A program made the position numbers and the translations under genes. Positions 20,991 to 30,677 of a stretch of DNA of 64,000 bases are shown here, piece after piece; position 1 is the first letter of the stretch; each line of letters begins with the position of its first letter. The stretch lies in sequence record MK599315.1. One strand, given 5' to 3'. The notes under the pieces were generated by a model that was not told where the DNA came from, searched no databases, and worked only from the letters and a program-made list of their open reading frames with translations.

Positions 20991-22010
20991 ATGATGGCTG
21001 AAGAAAAGAAAAAGGTTTCTGAACTCGATTTTCTGTCTGGTCTAACCGGACAGGAATTCGTAGAGGTTGTTGCTCGCGATACAGAAGGTTCTTATAAGAA
21101 CTATCGTGTACTCGCAGATAAATTACGTGTAGGCGCTTCTGCTTTTGATGGCGCTGTCAAAGCTGGTTTTGTCGGTACTGAAGAAGAATGGTTAGAAACA
21201 CTCGTTGGAAAATCTGCGTATCAAATCGCAGTTGATCAGGGTTATGAAGGCACTGAAGAACAATGGGTTTCTGCAACCAATCCTCTATTTGAGATCCTTC
21301 CAGAAAATGCTGGTATGGTACTCACTGTAAATGAACTAGGTCTTCCAGAGTGGAAAGTAATTGACCTTTCGTTTGCAAACTTAGATAAGGTCGATAATAC
21401 AGCAGATGCTGATAAACCTATTTCTCGTCAGCAGAAGAAAGAACTTGATCGAAAGCTTTACATCAAAGATGCACCGAGTGCGGTTATGTCCACTCTACAA
21501 CAAATCGGTGTAGTTGTTTCTGAAGATGGTAAAGAAGTATCGTTCGACGAAGGGCGTGCCACAGAAGTCAGTGAACTGCTTCTACAACATCGTCGCGGCT
21601 CTGCTCTAGAAGCGGCAGCTTGGACAGGCAAAGAAGGAACGTTCTTTGTAGATCTTGAGAATAAGAAGCTTTATGTTCACGATGGCGTTACTGTCGGTGG
21701 TGCTCAGATCGGTGGTCTAACTGCCGCTGAAGTACAAGTCATCATCGATGCAGGTATTGCTATCGATAAAGTTACTGGACTGGTTGATGCTCTTGCTAAG
21801 AAAGCAGATCTCGATGAGGACGGTAAACTGAAAATAGAACAGCTTCCTGAACTGGATATTCCGACTAAGGTTGATGAAGCTGCTGTCATTGCTGGTGAGG
21901 ATGATACAGGCTTTGCTACTGCTAAAGGTATTCATGCACTTCTGGACGCCATTGGTTTTACCAAAGACGAAAATGGTTCTTGGAAACTCGATCCAGCCGT
22001 TGTGGCGTAA
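20991..22010 (+). CDS. fibre/virion protein paralogous to the next gene, with an Mtd-N/hyaluronidase-like small domain
   Basis: N-terminal G.EFVEV.....GSYKN.R and GKSAY/GFVGTEEEW repeats shared with the 22178 gene; LQHRRG...WTGKEG.FFVDLENKKLYVHDGVT.GG motif. Confidence 0.65.
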   Translation: MMAEEKKKVSELDFLSGLTGQEFVEVVARDTEGSYKNYRVLADKLRVGASAFDGAVKAGFVGTEEEWLETLVGKSAYQIAVDQGYEGTEEQWVSATNPLFEILPENAGMVLTVNELGLPEWKVIDLSFANLDKVDNTADADKPISRQQKKELDRKLYIKDAPSAVMSTLQQIGVVVSEDGKEVSFDEGRATEVSELLLQHRRGSALEAAAWTGKEGTFFVDLENKKLYVHDGVTVGGAQIGGLTAAEVQVIIDAGIAIDKVTGLVDALAKKADLDEDGKLKIEQLPELDIPTKVDEAAVIAGEDDTGFATAKGIHALLDAIGFTKDENGSWKLDPAVVA

Positions 22011-22050
22011 ATAAAATAGTCGCAACTCCAGATAGATGCTCTCCTGAAAA

Positions 22051-22086
22051 GGCATACTGGAGTCCCCTTTGGGACTCCTATATGTT
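22051..22086. terminator. hairpin (CATA..TATG family)
   Basis: gcatactggagtccc-cttt-gggactcctatatg. Confidence 0.65.
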
Positions 22087-22177
22087 GCTAAAATAATACA
22101 CTACTCTATGAGTCTTATTTTCCTTTTAAGACGTGCACGAGTAGTTGCGAAGACTCTCTCCAACAAAGGAATACGTA

Positions 22178-24646
22178 ATGGCCATTAAATCCAGTCCGGG
22201 TATGATCTCCGGAATGCAGCCTCTTAACACCATCACAGGTGAAGAGTTTGTAGAAGTTATCCGTCTTGAGGCAGATGGTTCTTATAAGAACTTCCGTCTC
22301 ATGGTTTCTAAAATCCGTAACAATGAAGGCCTATCGGCTTATGAAGTTGCGGTAAAGAATGGTTTCGTAGGCACTGAAACTGAGTGGCTCGAAAGTCTAA
22401 AAGGTCAAGGTATTTATCAGCTGGCTCTTCAACAGGGCTTCGTAGGTACTGAAGACGAATTCCTCGCCTCTCTTAAAGGCGAAGACGGCGCAGATGGCGC
22501 TGTAGGTAAATCCATCTATGAAGTTGCCGTAGATAACGGCTTCACTGGCACTGAACAAGAATTCCTTGCAACTCTCGTCGGTAAGTCTGCCTATCAATCC
22601 GCTCTTGATACTGGTTTTACCGGTACCGAGGCCGAGTTCATCCAGTCCCTAAAAGGTGACAAAGGCGATGCCGGCGAGAAAGGTGATAAGGGTGATAAAG
22701 GCGACCAGGGTGATCAAGGTAAGTCCGCTTACGATCTAGCTGTCGAAGCTGGTTTCACTGGAACCGAAGCTGAGTACCTGGAATCTCTCCACGGTATCGA
22801 CGGTACTAAAGGTGATGACGGTATCGATGGCGCTGACGGCAAATCTGCTTACGAGCTAGCCGTAGCAGCCGGTTTCGTTGGTACTGAAGAAGAATATCTC
22901 GAAAGCCTACACGGAGCTGATGGTAAGTCTGCTTATCAGATCGCTCGTGATAATGGTTTCGTTGGTACTGAAGAACAATGGCTGGAAAGCCTAGAAGGCG
23001 CTAATGGTAAGTCCGCATACGAATCCGCTGTTGATGGTGGATACGTTGGTACTGAAGAAGAATTTAACCTGTCGCTTGCCGAACCGAAAGGTGTAAATGG
23101 TGGCGTATTCATCACTGATATCACTCCGGTTAATGCCGCTGATAACGTCGGTGAGAAGGTTAAGTCCGCGGATAGTTTCTCTCTGGTGCAATGTTCTTCG
23201 TCTACTCGTGACGTTAAAGTTAAAGTGGCTGCTATTACCGGTCATACTAACTATCGTCCTGTCGTTAAAGTTAACGGCGTAGATGTATCTCTCGTCGCTG
23301 GTGCAAATGCCCCGATGTGGACCGGTGAAGTAACTATTAATCTGCCTGAGCCGGTTGGTAGTGATCCCATTAAGGTCGAAGCTGTTCACGAAGATGGTGC
23401 TAAGGCATCTACTGATGTAATCATGGATACCGCGCCGGTTGTAACTGCGGCTACATTTACAGGTGAATATCCTGGTTCTCAAACCGAGCTGAAAGCAGGC
23501 GACACAATGTCGATCACTTTCACCACTGACCAAGATGTGGTAGGTTATGAGATTCGTGATGAAGGTGCATTCGTAGCACGCAATGGTACACTGACTGCTG
23601 GTAAGACTCACAGTCTGACTGGTCTGGTTATTGCTGACCGTGGTAACACTGCTACTAACCAACCGTTCAGTATCCGCGTTAAGAAAGCCTCCGGTAGTTT
23701 CTCCGCGTGGTATAAGTCCGACGTAGCTGGTACTACTGAGAAAGTCAACGTTGTCAAGCTGAACAACCTGAAACCGACGATTACATTCGGTGCTGTAACT
23801 TATCCGGCTGGTCAAACTGCCATTAAAGCTGGTGAAGATGCAACCGTTGCTAACACTGTAACTAACGCTACTAGCGCTACTTACACCTCGGCTAATGGTC
23901 AGCTGACTGTAACTAACCCGACTCAGATTGAAGCAAACAAAACTGTTTCTTACCTGACTGGTAATTACAACGACCTGACTAATAACCTGACAATCACTGC
24001 GCAACGTGCTGCTAACGGTAGTTCGTCTACTGCATCGACAATCGTTAAGATTGCTAACGGTGCCCCTGAACTGACTGTTACCACTCCTGCCACTCGTCTG
24101 CGCTCTGGTGGTAATGCAGGTACTGTTGTACAGCGTCACACCATCACTATCACTTCGACTCAATCGCTGGCTGAAGCCCCTGTGATGACTGCTCCTGGCG
24201 GTAACTGGGATTCTGCTGGTTGGGTGGGTGATGCAGCTAAGAAAGTATGGACACGCACACTGCTCGTTCATGATGATGATGCTAAAGGTATCTTCAACTT
24301 TACCGATGTTGTAGCCAAAGGTCTGGCTGGCGTTACAGTCAATACCCTTAAAGCTGGTGGCGAGTATACCCTTGGTGGCTTCGTTCTTCGTACCATGTCT
24401 ATCGCTGCTTTCCCGAATCGTGAAGGTGCTATTGGTACAGATGTAGTTATGACTGGTAAACTTCGCTGCACTAACCTGTCTAAGGGTGCTAGCGGTTCTC
24501 TTAACTTCACCTATAAAGCTGACGATGCTGATGCTGTAAATACTTACACCATCAAGAATAGCAATAGTTGGTATAACTGCGACGCAGCTAACGCTGTATC
24601 TAACACATCCGGTCTGATGCGCGTCGAACTTGAGGAAGTTGTATAA
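22178..24646 (+). CDS. tail fibre/structural protein (phiKZ gp145-like) with GKSAY-GFxGTE repeats and Ig-like C-terminal domains
   Basis: 822 aa from the ATG after AAGGA; about 9 GKSAY..A...GF.GTE.E.L.SL.G units with short Gly-X-Y runs; Thr-rich beta C-terminus. Confidence 0.8.
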   Translation: MAIKSSPGMISGMQPLNTITGEEFVEVIRLEADGSYKNFRLMVSKIRNNEGLSAYEVAVKNGFVGTETEWLESLKGQGIYQLALQQGFVGTEDEFLASLKGEDGADGAVGKSIYEVAVDNGFTGTEQEFLATLVGKSAYQSALDTGFTGTEAEFIQSLKGDKGDAGEKGDKGDKGDQGDQGKSAYDLAVEAGFTGTEAEYLESLHGIDGTKGDDGIDGADGKSAYELAVAAGFVGTEEEYLESLHGADGKSAYQIARDNGFVGTEEQWLESLEGANGKSAYESAVDGGYVGTEEEFNLSLAEPKGVNGGVFITDITPVNAADNVGEKVKSADSFSLVQCSSSTRDVKVKVAAITGHTNYRPVVKVNGVDVSLVAGANAPMWTGEVTINLPEPVGSDPIKVEAVHEDGAKASTDVIMDTAPVVTAATFTGEYPGSQTELKAGDTMSITFTTDQDVVGYEIRDEGAFVARNGTLTAGKTHSLTGLVIADRGNTATNQPFSIRVKKASGSFSAWYKSDVAGTTEKVNVVKLNNLKPTITFGAVTYPAGQTAIKAGEDATVANTVTNATSATYTSANGQLTVTNPTQIEANKTVSYLTGNYNDLTNNLTITAQRAANGSSSTASTIVKIANGAPELTVTTPATRLRSGGNAGTVVQRHTITITSTQSLAEAPVMTAPGGNWDSAGWVGDAAKKVWTRTLLVHDDDAKGIFNFTDVVAKGLAGVTVNTLKAGGEYTLGGFVLRTMSIAAFPNREGAIGTDVVMTGKLRCTNLSKGASGSLNFTYKADDADAVNTYTIKNSNSWYNCDAANAVSNTSGLMRVELEEVV

Positions 24647-27600
24647 TGGCTGGTGAATCCGCATTTGAAGTTTTCGTTAACGGTGAGTTACCAAAACGTA
24701 TCTCCACCGAAGACAATCCTCTTGAGGTAGTTGCAGGCAAGATCCCGGTTTCGACCGGGGCTGGCCTGGCTACAACTTTCAAAGACCCGACCGAAATCGA
24801 GGGAATGAAAGGTGAGGATGGCGCGGATGGTAAATCCGCTTATCAGCTGGCACTCGATGCTGGCTTTATTGGTACTGAAGCCGAGTGGCTCGAATCGCTG
24901 AAAGGCGAAGACGGCGCTAAAGGTGATACTGGTCTGCAAGGTAATCCTGGTGAACCGGGTCCCGTTACCAATATCAAAGGTACCGTAACTCTTGACGATT
25001 TCGAAACCAACATTGCTCCCATCGATAGTTGGGAATTTGGTGATGCTTGGTTCGTTCGTTCTTCCACTGCTACTGTACTGAAAGTATGGTCTGCCCCAGA
25101 AACCGGTTCGCCGGATGCTGGCCAGTGGATCGACTCCGGTGACATGCGTGGTCCGGAAGGTACTGGTCTTGTTATTCGTGGTCAATGGCCTGATAACCAA
25201 GAACTTCCGCCCTTGGCTGCCAAAGGCGATACCTACGGTTGGAAAAATGCTCTTTACACTTTCATGCTTGTAGCTGGTGAAGAAGATATCTTCCCTGACA
25301 ACTATGCATACATCCAGATCGTGCCGATGGGTCCTGAGGGTCCTAAAGGTGATACTGGTGCCAAAGGTGATAAAGGCGACCGTGGTCTGAAAGGCGACAC
25401 TGGTGCACCTGGTAAGGACGCTACTCCGTTCACTATTAAAGCTGACTTAGCTTCCGAAGATGATCTGCCTCTGGCTGGCGATGCCAAGCCTGAAGAAGCA
25501 TATTCGGTTATGGTTGACGATGTACGCCATCTATTCGTCTTCTCCGTCGATGAAAACCGCTGGATGGATCTCGGTACTTGGCAGGGCCCGAAAGGTGAAC
25601 CTGGTCAAGACGGTATCATCGGTGGCGACGGCCCGAAAGGGGACAAGGGCGATAAGGGTGATAAAGGCGATCCTGGTCAAGATGGTATCGATGGTCAAGA
25701 CGGTGCTCCTGGTGAAAACCTGGAAATCCTCGGTACGTATCCGACCATGGCAGATCTTCTGGCCGCAGGTGCTACTCTTGTCATCAAGAAAGCTTACGCT
25801 GTTCGCGATGTTAACACCCTCTTCTACGTAGCTACTACTCCTGTTACCTCTGAAGGCGACCTGATTAACCTAGGTCAATTCAAAGGTGAGAAGGGCGACA
25901 AAGGAGATAAAGGTGACAAAGGGGATACCGGTGCAAAAGGCGATAAGGGTGACACCGGTGACGGTGGTAAGAACCTGGTTGTCTCCGGTGTTCTTCCTGA
26001 CCTTGCTGCCATTCAAGCCGTACCTGATCCGCAAGAACAGGAAGCTTGGGTAGCTGCCGATAACCGCCACCTCTACATGTTCATTGATGGAACATGGGTT
26101 GACCTTGGTACTCATACTGGCGCCAAAGGCGATAAAGGGGACAAAGGCGATAAGGGTGATACTGGCGCCAAGGGTGACACTGGTGATAAAGGCGACAAAG
26201 GTGATCAGGGTGAAAACTTTGAAATCATCGCTGTTGTTGACACTGTAGGTGAAGTTCCTCCGGCCACTGCCGACAACAAAGGTAAAGCCGTTGTTGTTAA
26301 AGGCGGTGATGTTTATGTAAACATTAGTGGTACTCAGTTCGTATCTGTTGGTCCCATTGGCCAGAAAGGTGATCAGGGTGATCGTGGCGCCTCGATGCGC
26401 ATCGTTGGTGAAGTAGGTTCTGTTGAAGCTCTACCTGAACTGGTAGCCGGTGAAACTGATCCCGCTGATGGCGAGGCGTACATTGTTACCGTTATCCAGG
26501 GTGATGACACCATTAAGGTAATCTACGTAGCTAACCGCTCTACGAATACCTACGATGGTCCGTTCAATATCCAGGGTCCGCAAGGTAACGATGGTCCGCA
26601 GGGTGAAGTAGGTCCTCGCGGTGAAATCGGCCAAGGTATCAAAATTGTTGGCGACTATCCGTCTGAAGCTGCTCTTACAGCTGCTCATCCGACTAGTGCT
26701 ATTGGTGATGCATATTCGGTTGGTCCTGAAAACAGTAAAGAACTGTTTGTTTGGGCTGTCGATGGTGCTGATGATACTGAGAAGTATCTGAACCTGGGTA
26801 GCTTCACCGTTGGCGCCAAAGGCGAAAAAGGTGATAAGGGTGACCAAGGTATTGTTGGTCCTCGTGGTATTCAAGGTGCAAAAGGTGATAAAGGTTCTCG
26901 TTGGGTAATTCTACCGAACGGTGTCGATATCCCGAATAACACTATTGGTACTCAAGATGACTGGTGCCTTGATAAGTCTGGTAAAGTTTGGTATCGTGAC
27001 GCAACTGGCTGGAAAGAATTCATCCAACTTCTGGATGTTCCTGTAGCCGAAGTAGAAACTGCCGATCAGAACAAGAAGATGGTTCGCTATCAACTTGGCT
27101 GGGCACCTCTACTGGTCGATGAAGTGGAAACCCCTGAAGAAGGTGAACAGTATATCCGTAAGGGTAAAGCTGATGGCACCACCGAATGGGCTCCGCTTGA
27201 AGTAGATGCTGTACCAGACGTTCCTACTCCCAACATTGCTCTTGCAATGGTTCGTAAGGACGGTGAGTGGAAACAAGGTGCACCTATTGTCATTGCCAAC
27301 GATGTTGATAAGCATTACGTTCTGAAGGGTAAGGCTAGCTGGGTCGAAACCGATGTCTTTAAAGACGCGGCTAGCGATGGTAAGTCTTACGCTCGTAAGG
27401 ATGGTGCTTGGGCTGCGGTAGTACCTGAAACTACCAATGATGATAAACTGTACGCTCGTAAAACTACTGTTGCTGGCGGGTCCAGCTGGGTAGAGGTACC
27501 GGCTGCAATTATCGCATCGGATGCTCCGGATGCCAAGAACTACACTCGTTCTAACGGTGAGTGGAAAGAACTGGTAACCATTCCGGAACCAGGTATCGAT

Positions 27601-27969
27601 GCTACTAAAGTTTGGGGTCGTCAGACAACTGCTGCTGGTACATCGGCGTGGGTAGAGATCAAGAAAGAATTTGATACCTACTCCCTGCTATCTGGTGCTG
27701 CTCCTGCTGGTAACTTCACCATCACTCCGGCTAACCAACAGTGCTATACTGTTCCATCTACTGCTGCTCGTACTATCACTCTAGGTGATGGTCCGTCTGG
27801 CCGAATGATTACAGCTGTACTGGTTCTAACTGGTACGGTCATTCCGACCTTCAGCGGTAACTTCAAATGGAATGATAACACGGCTCCTGAAGCCGCTGCA
27901 ACCAAGACTGTCATCACCCTTCTGTGGGATGGTAGCGAATGGCTCGGCGCTAAAGGTGCTGGCTACTAA
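24646..27969 (+). CDS. collagen-like tail fibre protein (phiKZ gp146-like)
   Basis: 1107 aa; about 7 Gly-X-Y blocks (GDKGDKGDTG...) separated by repeated small domains; C-terminal foldon-like motifs. Confidence 0.85.
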   Translation: MAGESAFEVFVNGELPKRISTEDNPLEVVAGKIPVSTGAGLATTFKDPTEIEGMKGEDGADGKSAYQLALDAGFIGTEAEWLESLKGEDGAKGDTGLQGNPGEPGPVTNIKGTVTLDDFETNIAPIDSWEFGDAWFVRSSTATVLKVWSAPETGSPDAGQWIDSGDMRGPEGTGLVIRGQWPDNQELPPLAAKGDTYGWKNALYTFMLVAGEEDIFPDNYAYIQIVPMGPEGPKGDTGAKGDKGDRGLKGDTGAPGKDATPFTIKADLASEDDLPLAGDAKPEEAYSVMVDDVRHLFVFSVDENRWMDLGTWQGPKGEPGQDGIIGGDGPKGDKGDKGDKGDPGQDGIDGQDGAPGENLEILGTYPTMADLLAAGATLVIKKAYAVRDVNTLFYVATTPVTSEGDLINLGQFKGEKGDKGDKGDKGDTGAKGDKGDTGDGGKNLVVSGVLPDLAAIQAVPDPQEQEAWVAADNRHLYMFIDGTWVDLGTHTGAKGDKGDKGDKGDTGAKGDTGDKGDKGDQGENFEIIAVVDTVGEVPPATADNKGKAVVVKGGDVYVNISGTQFVSVGPIGQKGDQGDRGASMRIVGEVGSVEALPELVAGETDPADGEAYIVTVIQGDDTIKVIYVANRSTNTYDGPFNIQGPQGNDGPQGEVGPRGEIGQGIKIVGDYPSEAALTAAHPTSAIGDAYSVGPENSKELFVWAVDGADDTEKYLNLGSFTVGAKGEKGDKGDQGIVGPRGIQGAKGDKGSRWVILPNGVDIPNNTIGTQDDWCLDKSGKVWYRDATGWKEFIQLLDVPVAEVETADQNKKMVRYQLGWAPLLVDEVETPEEGEQYIRKGKADGTTEWAPLEVDAVPDVPTPNIALAMVRKDGEWKQGAPIVIANDVDKHYVLKGKASWVETDVFKDAASDGKSYARKDGAWAAVVPETTNDDKLYARKTTVAGGSSWVEVPAAIIASDAPDAKNYTRSNGEWKELVTIPEPGIDATKVWGRQTTAAGTSAWVEIKKEFDTYSLLSGAAPAGNFTITPANQQCYTVPSTAARTITLGDGPSGRMITAVLVLTGTVIPTFSGNFKWNDNTAPEAAATKTVITLLWDGSEWLGAKGAGY

Positions 27970-27975
27970 TAATAG

Positions 27976-28014
27976 CGGCATAAAGCCCAGGGTTAACCCT
28001 GGGCTTTTATGTCG
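27976..28014. terminator. bidirectional hairpin terminator
   Basis: cggcataaagcccaggg-ttaa-ccctgggcttttatgtcg between convergent genes. Confidence 0.85.
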
Positions 28015-28754
28015 TCTTTATCAACTTCGATACCGTTATCTCCAGGACGAATCATGGAGAAATATTTAGCATCTATAAATTCAAAGTCCATGTGAATCAG
28101 CCGCTCGACCCTGAACTTAAATAGTTCAAACTTCTTCTCCTCGATAGTGAGTTTACTAACGTCACGTTCGAAGAGTTTAGGTCCAATAAAATTGAAGCAT
28201 GGCATTTGAACTTTAGACAAAGCAAGATAATGAGTGTGCATCCATTCATGGAAATCGTAAGTGATATACATCGCATAGAGAGCATCCAAGAATTTAGGTG
28301 TGAGCTCTTCTAATGGATGACTAACTACTTCCACGGGCATTTCTTCGCCGTATATTTCTTGGATGATATTTTCAAGATCATCGATAACTTCACCAGGTAA
28401 CGTGTAAGGCCAGATGTTGATCGTAAGACCAATCTCGTCTTCAGGATTACCCATGTTATCCATTCTGTTTACATGATCTTCCGCGAGAATTCGCATCAAG
28501 AACGGACTGATACCTGTTAGGATAGAAGCGTTGATAGTATCAGCGGAATTATCTCCGCCTCTATTAGCATACGCTTCTTTGAATTGCTCCGTTGTAACAA
28601 GACCACCTGTTAGAGTGGTCCAGTCATCATTTTCACGAAGCCAATATTCCTTAGTGGAAACCAACCGTTCTGCTGCCTCCTTGTTAATTGTAGACATGAC
28701 TCCAAGACGGGTGTCAAGTAATACATCAAGAGGTATCAGAATACGTTTGATCAT
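27993..28754 (-). CDS. conserved hypothetical protein (gp147-like)
   Basis: 253 aa; begins ILIPLDVLLDT (weakly HAD-like DxxxD); translationally coupled to the upstream gene. Confidence 0.65.
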   Translation of the reverse strand: MIKRILIPLDVLLDTRLGVMSTINKEAAERLVSTKEYWLRENDDWTTLTGGLVTTEQFKEAYANRGGDNSADTINASILTGISPFLMRILAEDHVNRMDNMGNPEDEIGLTINIWPYTLPGEVIDDLENIIQEIYGEEMPVEVVSHPLEELTPKFLDALYAMYITYDFHEWMHTHYLALSKVQMPCFNFIGPKLFERDVSKLTIEEKKFELFKFRVERLIHMDFEFIDAKYFSMIRPGDNGIEVDKDDIKAQG

Positions 28755-29227
28755 TTCATTTTCGCCTGTGCAATAATGTTATTTACATGGCGAAGTTGCG
28801 TAGATGCATATACAAGGAAGAACAACCAGTGATTTTGCTGTAGCGTACCATAGAGTTCATCTACATTAGCTGCTTTACCCAGTAACTCCCTATCGACCAT
28901 TGCCGAATCAGGTGTGAATGGAACCAAGCGTCTAGTGAGATACTCAATCGCTACATCAATGTTTTCAATTTCTAAAGTGAATGTAGTGGTGGTAGACAGA
29001 AGAGCACCCAATACATCCTGCTTAGAACGGATACCTGACCAAATCTGATTAATGATAACTCTATCATTAAAACTAGAAATCATCATATTGTTTCTAAGTT
29101 CGTTAATATGCTCTAGAATTTGAGCAATAACGAGATCATCATCAACAGATACCAATTCACTAATTGCAACACCTAATGCATTCTGCAATACTTCGCTAAT
29201 ACCTTCTTCCGCATTCTTAATAGCCAT
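28751..29227 (-). CDS. conserved hypothetical protein (gp148-like)
   Basis: 158 aa helical ORF with an ATGA overlap into the next gene. Confidence 0.7.
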   Translation of the reverse strand: MAIKNAEEGISEVLQNALGVAISELVSVDDDLVIAQILEHINELRNNMMISSFNDRVIINQIWSGIRSKQDVLGALLSTTTTFTLEIENIDVAIEYLTRRLVPFTPDSAMVDRELLGKAANVDELYGTLQQNHWLFFLVYASTQLRHVNNIIAQAKMK

Positions 29228-29229
29228 GA

Positions 29230-29903
29230 TTACCCCACTAGGTTATTCTGTAAATGCATGGCCTTCAAATAGACGGACATGGTTTTGTTAGATTTAACTT
29301 GAGAAGCGTCTCGGCCATAATGGAATCGAGAGAAGCTTCACCTGTTTCAATGATGGATCGATTCATAGCGTTATATGCCTTTTCATCACCACCACGAAAC
29401 TTAATCAGTTCGAGAACCATGTTGTTAAGACCTTTAGAGGCGTTAACCTGAATCTCAGGGGCAGATAGACGTGCACCTTTACTATCACCAGTTGCCTGTC
29501 CAGAACGCTCGTCAACAACAGTATTAGAACCTGGGATAGAAGCTTTCTTAGCTAGCATCTGAACCTGCCGACGAAGCGGAACCATACCAACTAGGTGTTT
29601 ATTCTGAGTCTTATAAACTTGACCAGTACCCGGATCAGTTAAGATAAGGTGTTGGAATAGTTCAAAACCAAGAGCATCAGCTACTTTATAATTCTGAGCG
29701 ATACTTAGAGTCGGTTCTTCTAAGTTAGGAGCGTAGAGAGCCAGCACTTCACCTGCCTCTAGACGTTCCATCCATTCAAAAAACTCTTCGTCAGAATAAC
29801 GGTCAAAAAGTTCTTGATAGATTTTAACGTTCTCGCTTCCTGGTCGGAACATGTCGATGAAGTATAGAATTTCTTTTTCAAGGACTTTACGATCGGGTTT
29901 CAT
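29230..29903 (-). CDS. rpoB: virion RNA polymerase beta C-terminal fragment (phiKZ gp149-like); apparent -1 frameshift near 29306
   Basis: GARLSAPEIQV...ELIKFRGGD matches beta GQRFGEME...EMLTVKSDD. The -1 frame supplies SQVKSNKTMSVYLKAMHLQNNLVG* (beta PESF.VL..EL.SL-like end), stopping 2 nt before the next ATG. Confidence 0.75.
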
Positions 29904-29938
29904 AGTTACCTCTACAAATCAAATGAGCATACGATTAC

Positions 29939-30259
29939 TCAGATTGATTTAGACTCGCAGTGATACATTGGCTGTGCAGCAGCGTCTGTACATGGAGGTA
30001 ACCGCTTTTTACGGAACAGCGGAATGAAATTAGCAGCGAAGTTACGCCACCATGCTTCAAAATCATTCACTTCATTTAGAGTACAACGTAATTCCAGGGT
30101 GTTGATTTTGTATTGAGCCAACAACAGATGGAAGAATTGATTAAGAGTTGCAAGATCCTTGATTTCGGGCATGCGTCTATACAGATCTTCAGCAACCTCT
30201 ACATCAAGAGCACGGGTACGCTGAAAAATAACAGCGCGATAATCGATGGTATTAGACAT
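29939..30259 (-). CDS. hypothetical protein
   Basis: 106 aa ORF in operon context. Confidence 0.65.
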   Translation of the reverse strand: MSNTIDYRAVIFQRTRALDVEVAEDLYRRMPEIKDLATLNQFFHLLLAQYKINTLELRCTLNEVNDFEAWWRNFAANFIPLFRKKRLPPCTDAAAQPMYHCESKSI

Positions 30260-30281
30260 AATTTGTTTCCTGATCGGGTAA

Positions 30282-30629
30282 CTACTCTATTTCGCCTAGG
30301 TAGTTTACCTCAGTTATTTCTTTTAAAAATTTAACGAGAATGTGTCGATGGCAAAACTTACCAGCTGGACAGTAACATCCTAGTGCAACCTTGTCCAACT
30401 CAGTCAGCCATTCGAAGTAATCTGGGAATGCAGCGTATCGTTCAGAGAGGATGGCCATATACGCATCCTCATATTGCTCATCTGTAATGGCGCCGGCTTT
30501 ATGTCCCATTACCATATTCCAGGTAGGGGCAAGTAATTCCTCACCACTTTTTATAGTTGTATCCAAAGGAAAGATATGTTTCTGTCTAACCTTTCGCCAT
30601 TTAGCGATTTGATAAGTATAGACGTTCAT
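30282..30629 (-). CDS. DUF488-like protein
   Basis: LAPTW.MV...K...I....Y...Y..IL..R and C-terminal VALGCYC....CHRHIL, the typical DUF488 pattern. Confidence 0.65.
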   Translation of the reverse strand: MNVYTYQIAKWRKVRQKHIFPLDTTIKSGEELLAPTWNMVMGHKAGAITDEQYEDAYMAILSERYAAFPDYFEWLTELDKVALGCYCPAGKFCHRHILVKFLKEITEVNYLGEIE

Positions 30630-30643
30630 TGGAATACCTACTT

Positions 30644-30675
30644 GACATAGAGGGAGCTAATGCTCCCGTCTATGA
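30644..30675 (-). terminator. hairpin (CATA..TATG family)
   Basis: gacatagagggagc-taat-gctcccgtctatg. Confidence 0.6.
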
Positions 30676-30677
30676 TA

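Noticed and set aside
21540-21730. Mtd-N-like domain suggesting a diversity-generating retroelement
   Set aside because: No reverse transcriptase, and no template/variable repeat pair differing at adenines was seen in the window.
22991-24664. 557 aa antisense ORF
   Set aside because: In-register shadow of the fibre gene. Highly expressed genes here avoid TTA, CTA and TCA codons, so the antisense frame lacks stops. No SD, and the translation is not protein-like.
25600-26260. Tandem ggtgataaaggcgac-type DNA repeats as a VNTR or mobile repeat
   Set aside because: Fully explained by Gly-Asp-Lys collagen coding with synonymous variation.
29265-29300. Annotated C-terminus LLKLNLTKPCPSI of the vRNAP fragment
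   Set aside because: The -1 frame gives a beta-like C-terminus and tight gene packing, so the annotated tail is probably an artefact.
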